The notes below the pieces were generated by a model. It had not been told where the DNA came from, did no database searches, and worked only from the letters and a program-made list of their open reading frames with translations. This document shows, one piece after another, positions 58,201-64,000 of a stretch of 64,000 nucleotides of DNA (positions within the stretch are counted from its first letter, which is position 1; each line of letters begins with the position of its first letter). Origin of the DNA: Elusimicrobiota bacterium (GTDB lineage: Bacteria; Elusimicrobiota; Elusimicrobia; UBA1565). The translations under genes and the position numbers were made by a program. The stretch covers positions 1 to 64,000 of the forward strand of contig JBDREN010000096.1 in NCBI GenBank assembly GCA_043819795.1. Direction: 5' to 3'.

Positions 58201-61200
58201 CCGTTTGGACCACCCTCATCGGCTCGCCCCAGACGCCCGAGAAGGCGGGGCCTCCGATCTTCAAGCCGAGGTTCGGGAACACTCCGGACTGGAGCGCCGG
58301 GACGGCGGCAAACGCCCCGCCCGGAGTCGCCGGACCCGGAGCGCTGAGGTCGGCGGTTATGACCAGGACGCAGTTCCTCAAGTTGAGCGAACCCTGCAAA
58401 GAGCCCTGCGCCGTTCCCGCGAAATGCGTGTCTCCGGAGATTGGCGTCAGGTCCACGCTGTAGGTGACGCTCTCGCCCGGATCCAGCCGACCAGAAGGCA
58501 AGGTCAACGCCTCGGAGGCGAAATCCCCCTGCACCGTGCCTTCCGTGCATCGCCTGGCGTCGATCGCCCCGTTGCCGTCGGTGTCGACTGGGACGCACGC
58601 CGGACTGGTCACCACCCAAGGCGCCGTCACCGGTATGCGGCCGCCGACGACGCACTCTCCCTCATCCACCGTGATGTCCGCGCCCGCGTCGATCGTCGGC
58701 GTGACGTTGATGACCGTCACCGTCAGGGTGTCGTCTATGGTCGCCCCGTCGTCGTCGGTCACCGTCACCGTCACGGTGTAGATCCCGTTGTCCGCGTATA
58801 TGTGGGAGCCCGCGACCGTCCCGCTGACTCCCGCGGGATCCCCGGGGGGGCCGAACGGAGCCTCGCTCACCGCCCCCGTCTCCGTCCCCGTACCGTCGCC
58901 CCAGTTGATGGTCGCCGTGTGCGTGTCGAGCGTGCCGAGGTCGTTGAACGTCGCCGGAGCCAGGCTGACGGTCGTTCCCTCGTTCACCGTCTGGGCCGCG
59001 CCGGCGGCCACCGTCGGCGCCTCGTTGCCGACCGTGACGATCAGCGTGTCGCAGGTCTCGAGGTTCTCGTCGTCCTTGACGCAGACCTCGAGCGTATAGG
59101 TCCCGTCGTCGGCGTAGACGTGGCTGCCCAAGGTGACGGTCCCGTCGAGCCCGGCCACATCGCCCGGCGGCCCGAACGGCGTCTCGATGACGAGGCACGG
59201 GCAACTCCCTCCCGATCCGTCGCCCCAGTCAACGGTGGCGGTGTGGGTGTCCATCGTGCCTTTGTCGTTGAAGAGCGCCGGATCGAGGGTGAGGGTCGCG
59301 CCCTCCTTGATCGTCTGGTCCGCGCCGGCGGCCACCGTCGGCGCCTCGTTGGTGACCGTGACGATCAGCGTGTCGCAGGTCTCGAGGTTCTCGTCGTCCA
59401 TGACGCAGACCTTGACCGTATAGGGCCCGTCGTCCGCGTACACGTGGCTGCCCAAGGTGACGGTCCCGTCGGCTCCGGCCGCGTCGCCCGGCGGGCCGAA
59501 CGGCGCCTCGATCACCAGGCACGGGCAACTCCCTCCCGAGCCGTCGCCCCAGTCGAGGGTGGCGGTGTGGGTGTCCAGCGTGCCTTTGTCGTTGAAGAGC
59601 GCCGGATCGAGGGTGAGGGTCGCGCCCTCGGCGATCGTCTGGTCCGCGCCCGCGGTCACGGTGGGCGCGAAGTTCGCGACGGTGTTGGTCCCGGAATCGC
59701 AGACGGGCGACCCCCCGCTCTCCGTGACGCAGACGGTGACGGGGTAGCTGCCGTCGTCGGCATAGACGTGCTCGCCGGAGACGGTCCCGCCCGCCTGGTT
59801 CACGACCGCCGCCTCGGCCCCCGCCCCTTCGCCCCAATCGATGGTGGCGGTGTGGGTGTCCCCGGGGTTCGGATCCGAGAACGGCACGCTGAGGCTCAGC
59901 AGAGAGCCCTCGTTGCCCGACAGGCCGGTCACCGGGCCCAGCGTGGGCGGCTGGTTGCAGTCCGGGTCCGGCGTCGTCGCGACGTCCCGGCACCAAACCT
60001 CCGCGGGACACGCCCCGTCCGCGTCGCAGTCGCAGTCGTCGCCCGAGCCGTCCGAGTCCGCGTCGGCCTGCCCGGCGTTGGCGACGGTCACGCAGTTGTC
60101 GCAGAGATCTCCCGCTCCATCGCTGTCCCCATCCGCCTGATTGGGGTTAGAGACGGCCGGGCAGTTGTCGCAGGCGTCTCCGATGCCGTCGCCCGGCCCG
60201 CTCGGCCCGAAGGCCTGCATCTCCAGGATCTGGACCCAGGTCCCGTACGAGGCCGTCACCAGGATCCTGAAGTAGCGCATGGGGGTCGGGCTGAACGACG
60301 CGTCGATCTCCCTCGTGCTGACGGGCGTGATCTGCGTCCAGTTGGCCCCGTCCGTGGAGTACTCCAGCACGCCGCTGTGGACATAATCGTCCGGACGGAC
60401 GTACCCTCCCGTCAGGCTCGCTTGGACGATGTAGATGTGGTCGATGGTGTAGTTCTGGCCCAGGTCCACCTGGAAATAATCCCCCGAGTTCTGGCCTGTG
60501 GTGGTCCAATACATTGTCGCCATATCGCCGTCCGTCGCGTAGGCCTCGAGGAAGTTCGAGTAATGCGCCACATTCGACGTGAACGGCTTGCTCAGCGCGA
60601 CATTCACGGGCACGGCGGCGTGCTGGAGCACGAGCCTGGGTCTCAGGGCCGCATCGCTGGAGTCGGAGCTGTGCGCCATGGCTATATGCCAATTATTCGT
60701 ATCCTCCACCACCAGGACCATACCGTGGTTGGCGGTGCCCCCGAGCCATTCGCCGACCAAGCTCGTGACGTTCCAACTGTACCAGCCGGGCTGGGCGCCT
60801 ACGGTCCCGGGAGCGTACTGCGTCACCGCGTCATACGTGGGCTGATTGGCGCCCGTGATGGTCATCTCATCCCATGCGGAGGTGACCTTGTACACGCCGA
60901 CCGGCCTGGTGCCCCATCCGGGTTGAGGGATGTTGTCGATATGGAGCTCGAGCGTCGCCGAGACAAGGTCGCCGGGCGCCAGTTGCGGCAGGTTGAACTC
61001 GATATACGTGCGCCTCTCGAACTGCGCCTGGCCGTTCTTCCTCAGATGGAGCTCCTCACGCGCTCCATTGTTCTGCGTGTCGGACCAGCCGTAGGGCCCC
61101 GTCACGTCCTGGCCGTTCGCGTCGTAGCCGTGGTCGTCATAGATGAACACGAAGGCGTCCTTCCCTTGGGCCGGGCCCGGCTGGAGCACGGTCTGCACGA

Positions 61201-64000
61201 CGCCGCCACCGCCGCCCGAGCCGTCCGTATCGGCCTGATCCGGATTCGCAACGCTCGCGCAGTTGTCGCAGGCGTCCCCTGTCCCGTCGCCGTCCGCATC
61301 CAGCTGACCCACGTTCGCCGTATCAGGGCAATTGTCGCACGCATCGCCTATGCCGTCCGCGTCCGCGTCCTCCTGGCCGGGGTTGGCCGCCGCCGGACAA
61401 TTGTCGCCGCTGTCGCAGACACCGTCGCTGTCCGCGTCAGCGCAGGAGGCGATCGTTATCTCGACCTTGGGCGTCGCGGCATTGCCGCCCGACGGCGAGG
61501 CATATCCCGTGAAGAACAGATCGATCGTCCCGGGCGCGCCGGTGGGGACGACCGTCCATGTCTGCTCGCAACTCTGCCCGGTCTGCATGCTGGCCAGGCA
61601 GGGTACGTCGGCCTTCGTCTGCGGGTTCGGCGATGTCGTGTAGAACGGCGTGTCTCCGGGGTTCGTGCTGATCTGGGACCCGCTTCCTCCGCCGTCTCCG
61701 TTCAGCGTGGCCGCCACGTCGCTGCAGGGGCCCGCGATGCAGTCGACCTTCGTCTTGAACGTGAACGATTGGCTCTGCACGACGCTCAACGGCCCCGTGG
61801 GGGCGACCAGGAAAGCCGACATGTTCTCGCACGCGTCTCCCGTCCCATCGCCGTCCGCGTCCGCCTGGCCCGGGTTAGCCACGGCCGGACAGTTGTCGCA
61901 AGCGTCCCCAATCCCGTCGCTGTCCGCGTCCAGCTGGCCCGCGTTCGCGGCATTGGCGCAGTTGTCGCATGCGTCGCCCAAGCCGTCCGAGTCCGCGTCC
62001 GCCTGACCGGGATTGGCGTCAGCCGGACAGTTGTCCTCGCCGTCGCAGAGACCGTCGCTGTCCGCGTCAAGGCAGGAGGCGATCGTTATCTCGACCTTGG
62101 GCGTCGCGGTATCCCCGCCCGACGTCGAGTCATATGCCGTGAAGAACAGATCGGTCGTCCCGATCGCGCCGGTGGGGACGACCGTCCATGTCTGCTCGCA
62201 GCTGTCTCCGTTCTGCATGTTGGCCAGGCAGGGCAGGTCGGCCTTGGTCTGCGGGTTCGGCGAGGTCGTATAGAAGGGCGTCCCCGCGTTCATGGGCACC
62301 ACGCCCTTGGAGGTGGAAACCACCGTTATCGTGACCGTCCCAGGACCCGAGTTCACCCCACCCGCATTGTCCGGGTTGGCTCCCGAGTTATAGGAGCCGC
62401 CGCCTCCGCCGCTACCCCAAGGGCTGTAGTTGTTTCCTCCACCGCCGCCGTTGTATCCCGCGCCGCCGCCTCCCGCGCCCGTATTGTCGGAACCGCCCCC
62501 GCCTCCACCGAAGCCTCCGTCGGCGCCCGTATAGCCGGAGTCATGAGTGAACAGGCCTCCGACGGCTCCGTTTCTGGGGGCCTGACCTCCCTCGCCTTTG
62601 GGGTTCCTTATGGTCAAGCCGTCTTGCCCGTCCGTCAACCAGCCACCGCCACCGCCGCCTGTGGACAGATTGCCCACATTGTATCCGCCATCTCCGCCAT
62701 TGCCGCCGGTTCCGCCATTGCCCGACCCGGACCCACTACCCATTGTGGGAGTCCCGCTTCCGGAGCCGTCCCCGCCGGAACTGCCTTCAGCCTGTCCGCC
62801 GCCTCCTGCCGCGACAATAAGCGGATGGCTGGCGGAGGCATCCTTATAAACATAGCTAGCCCCTCCCCCTCCCCCGCAATATCCGGACCCCTGGGTTGTC
62901 ACTCCTCCCCGCTGGCCTGGGATGATGTACAGAGTCTCGCCGGCATTCAAATGGAATTCCCCTTTAGCCTTCGCTCCCAGGCCGCCGTTGGCGCCGCCGC
63001 CCTTGGCGCCCAAAGCTTCGATCGTATAGATCCCGTTTGTCGGGGCAGTCCATTGCTGGATCCCGCCGGCCACAGTCACTTGCGCGTCCAGCGTCGTCCC
63101 CGTGTAGGCGGCGTCGCACTGAGCTTGCGCCGGGCCATTCTTCCCAGTCTGCCCGCAATCTGTGAACCCATATTCCGTCGGAGGCGGATCCAGAGTGGCC
63201 GTCACATCGCCGCAAGCGCCCGCGACGCAGTCCACTCTCGTCTTGACCGTGAACGGCTGGCTTTGCAGGACGCTCAACGGCGCCGTGGGGGCGACCAGGA
63301 AAGCCGCCAGATTCTCGCACGCGTCCCCCGTCCCATCGCCGTCCGAGTCCGCCTGGCTCGGGTTGGAGACGCCCGGGCAATTGTCGCAGGGATCCCCCGC
63401 CCCGTCGCCGTCGGCGTCCGCCTGGCCCGGATCGGCGATATCGGGACACGTATCGCAGGCGTCGCCCGCCCCGTCTCCGTCCGCGTCTTCCTGGCCCGGG
63501 TTGGCGACCGTCGGACAGTTATCGCCGACGTCGGCGCACACGTTGTCGCCGTCGGTCTCATCGCAGTAGATGGTTATCTCCACCCTGTCCGTGGCGACGG
63601 CCCCGCTCAGCGTCGCCTCGTAGAAGGTGAAGAACTCGTGCGTTTCTCCCTGCGCGCCGGTCGCGACCACGCTCCATGTCTGGGTGCACGTCGCTTGGCC
63701 CTGCATGTTGCCCAGACAGGGCACGTCGGCCTTGGTCTGCGGGTTTTGCGAGGTCGTATAGAACGGCGTCCCCGCGTTCATGGGCACGACTCCCTTGCCC
63801 GTCCTCGTTATTGTGACCTTTCCATGCCCGCTGTTCGCGCCCGCCAGGTTGTCCTGGTTGATTCCATCATTATAAGAGCCGCCGCCGCCGGAGCCGCCGC
63901 CCGGACAAGACGATGAATTGCTGCCCGCCCCTCCGGAGTATCCCCCGCCGGCGCCGCCTGAACCGGAATACTCCCAGTTGCCGCCGCCGCCGCCAAAGCC
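55208..64000 (-). CDS. Giant secreted multidomain adhesin (>2900 aa, 5' end outside window)
   Basis: Frame stays open from 63787 into a further Gly-rich domain at the window end. Contains TSP3 repeats (DNCP..ANP.Q.D.D.DG.GDAC), Gly-rich ALK/LTK-like domains, a DNRLRE-like domain, an F5/8 discoidin, multiple PKD repeats (DWGDG, H.YADDG), OmpL47-like domains (YWSVD) and a C-terminal YVFPNP...SGVYLY...KFAVVR. Confidence 0.88.
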   Translation of the reverse strand, partial: GFGGGGGNWEYSGSGGAGGGYSGGAGSNSSSCPGGGSGGGGSYNDGINQDNLAGANSGHGKVTITRTGKGVVPMNAGTPFYTTSQNPQTKADVPCLGNMQGQATCTQTWSVVATGAQGETHEFFTFYEATLSGAVATDRVEITIYCDETDGDNVCADVGDNCPTVANPGQEDADGDGAGDACDTCPDIADPGQADADGDGAGDPCDNCPGVSNPSQADSDGDGTGDACENLAAFLVAPTAPLSVLQSQPFTVKTRVDCVAGACGDVTATLDPPPTEYGFTDCGQTGKNGPAQAQCDAAYTGTTLDAQVTVAGGIQQWTAPTNGIYTIEALGAKGGGANGGLGAKAKGEFHLNAGETLYIIPGQRGGVTTQGSGYCGGGGGASYVYKDASASHPLIVAAGGGGQAEGSSGGDGSGSGTPTMGSGSGSGNGGTGGNGGDGGYNVGNLSTGGGGGGWLTDGQDGLTIRNPKGEGGQAPRNGAVGGLFTHDSGYTGADGGFGGGGGGSDNTGAGGGGAGYNGGGGGNNYSPWGSGGGGGSYNSGANPDNAGGVNSGPGTVTITVVSTSKGVVPMNAGTPFYTTSPNPQTKADLPCLANMQNGDSCEQTWTVVPTGAIGTTDLFFTAYDSTSGGDTATPKVEITIASCLDADSDGLCDGEDNCPADANPGQADADSDGLGDACDNCANAANAGQLDADSDGIGDACDNCPAVANPGQADADGDGTGDACENMSAFLVAPTGPLSVVQSQSFTFKTKVDCIAGPCSDVAATLNGDGGGSGSQISTNPGDTPFYTTSPNPQTKADVPCLASMQTGQSCEQTWTVVPTGAPGTIDLFFTGYASPSGGNAATPKVEITIASCADADSDGVCDSGDNCPAAANPGQEDADADGIGDACDNCPDTANVGQLDADGDGTGDACDNCASVANPDQADTDGSGGGGGVVQTVLQPGPAQGKDAFVFIYDDHGYDANGQDVTGPYGWSDTQNNGAREELHLRKNGQAQFERRTYIEFNLPQLAPGDLVSATLELHIDNIPQPGWGTRPVGVYKVTSAWDEMTITGANQPTYDAVTQYAPGTVGAQPGWYSWNVTSLVGEWLGGTANHGMVLVVEDTNNWHIAMAHSSDSSDAALRPRLVLQHAAVPVNVALSKPFTSNVAHYSNFLEAYATDGDMATMYWTTTGQNSGDYFQVDLGQNYTIDHIYIVQASLTGGYVRPDDYVHSGVLEYSTDGANWTQITPVSTREIDASFSPTPMRYFRILVTASYGTWVQILEMQAFGPSGPGDGIGDACDNCPAVSNPNQADGDSDGAGDLCDNCVTVANAGQADADSDGSGDDCDCDADGACPAEVWCRDVATTPDPDCNQPPTLGPVTGLSGNEGSLLSLSVPFSDPNPGDTHTATIDWGEGAGAEAAVVNQAGGTVSGEHVYADDGSYPVTVCVTESGGSPVCDSGTNTVANFAPTVTAGADQTIAEGATLTLDPALFNDKGTLDTHTATLDWGDGSGGSCPCLVIEAPFGPPGDAAGADGTVTLGSHVYADDGPYTVKVCVMDDENLETCDTLIVTVTNEAPTVAAGADQTIKEGATLTLDPALFNDKGTMDTHTATVDWGDGSGGSCPCLVIETPFGPPGDVAGLDGTVTLGSHVYADDGTYTLEVCVKDDENLETCDTLIVTVGNEAPTVAAGAAQTVNEGTTVSLAPATFNDLGTLDTHTATINWGDGTGTETGAVSEAPFGPPGDPAGVSGTVAGSHIYADNGIYTVTVTVTDDDGATIDDTLTVTVINVTPTIDAGADITVDEGECVVGGRIPVTAPWVVTSPACVPVDTDGNGAIDARRCTEGTVQGDFASEALTLPSGRLDPGESVTYSVDLTPISGDTHFAGTAQGSLQGSLNLRNCVLVITADLSAPGPATPGGAFAAVPALQSGVFPNLGLKIGGPAFSGVWGEPMRVVQTVTHLGGGRDSATCTFTSPAGSGSVSTVADTQTDAGLQPAVPQPVHDAVDVVYYGASYGGNLGAVPSDTVAANWEIAYPRHGQTCAQAGAVSLALSAFADLGTLDTHTATISWGDGTAIDIGAVAEAPFGPPGNTAGANGSIAGSHVYADNGTYTVRVTVTDDDGATIDDTLTMTVTNVTPTIDAGADLTVEEGVTISLAPSTFNDLGTLDTHTATISWGDGTAIDIGAVAEAPFGPPGNTAGANGTIAGEHVYADNGDYTVTTCVKDDDLAETCDTLVITVNNVAPTVDAGSDNTAAANGYIHIGGHITPRFMSVRLPDGQQASVPIGPDQLVSADAIMFNDKGTLDTHSPAMIDWGDGVIEPVYAPELSEAPFGPPGSTLGADGTVSRLHQYKNNGHFVMKATITDDDDGATSDSLDVTVDVEPPATEIAHSGSSSTVKGTPMEVDVFLDAGAMNSLSAVDPDDGGVVFDVQWTFYRDVTIDGPEALFIRQNVEHDVVAFNLSQEGPHQLEYFSVDKRGNEEGYRLGPIQEGHKFITIGVDHTPPVSELHVAEPVRYQFGQIFIGTETELSLTAEDPLAPAVGGVASGVKQIQYRIDGAPKVLYLTPFTLAEGVHTVTYWSVDQVNNTEEERTVEFNVGGVMNINQTAGVGKTGEVVFGGTVDFLGNMISNGPVSLDGTVMLDGDATAPTVEKNENSTITGAITETGGELPLDPAPFDLAAVREYVVAHNLATDPNNPIAGYINKKGELEVLSQIVTLPAGTYLLKGIKLSGGAELRVSGEVGILVEGAISINSANVNTGAERPGDLMIFVNHAAGIDIKSNGRMAAILYAPTATMAFGGGSQFGGRLFTGYMGMNGNSIVLSNEAPDTYGADGDGDATPASATALSPEGADPTFTLRDLYVFPNPAVGGAVPTIHVAVGIADKVTVRIYNIAGQQVHQTTMESTPPVIDDGSGPKYAYEYAWQGHIPSGVYLYTIVAEKSGDASVRKAGKFAVVR

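Noticed and set aside
57400..62300. CRISPR-like or tandem DNA repeats
   Set aside because: The repeats are in-frame PKD/TSP3 protein domains, not repeat-spacer arrays, and there are no cas genes.
56012..63916. 2634-aa plus-strand ORF
   Set aside because: Antisense shadow of the giant adhesin. Arg/Val/Gly-rich with no domains, as expected from high-GC codon bias.

Overview
High-GC bacterial window with about 45 genes and no rRNA, tRNA or CRISPR array. The protein architectures suggest Elusimicrobiota; this is an inference only. Main blocks: (1) the 3' end of sucD, followed by two abutting MITE-like elements. (2) Secreted and signalling genes, including a ficolin-like collagen/fibrinogen protein. 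(3) A Tat-subunit plus GMC dehydrogenase pair converging on a Rieske plus cytochrome b/heptaheme-c fusion. (4) A ~15 kb co-oriented, mostly translationally coupled cluster (16756-31655): tyrosine phenol-lyase, FeoB, DtxR-FeoA, HxsD/HxsB/HxsC-like His-Xaa-Ser-system proteins and six radical SAM enzymes in total. It also holds a TrxB homologue without CxxC, a cysteine hydrolase and a CDF exporter, and no His-Xaa-Ser precursor is visible. (5) glnS, a rhodanese-OmpA fusion and a RAYT transposase with 27-bp inverted ends plus dispersed related mini-elements. (6) Transporters, an AEP-primase-like orphan, a single-gene insertion with a duplicated target-gene 3' end, Fe-ADH, ackA and MATE. (7) Three tandem collagen paralogues with matched ~16-triplet helices (candidate bacterial heterotrimer), next to a >2900-aa adhesin that has a T9SS-like C-terminal domain and runs off the window. 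The best candidates for an undescribed system are the radical SAM supercluster and the three-chain collagen locus.
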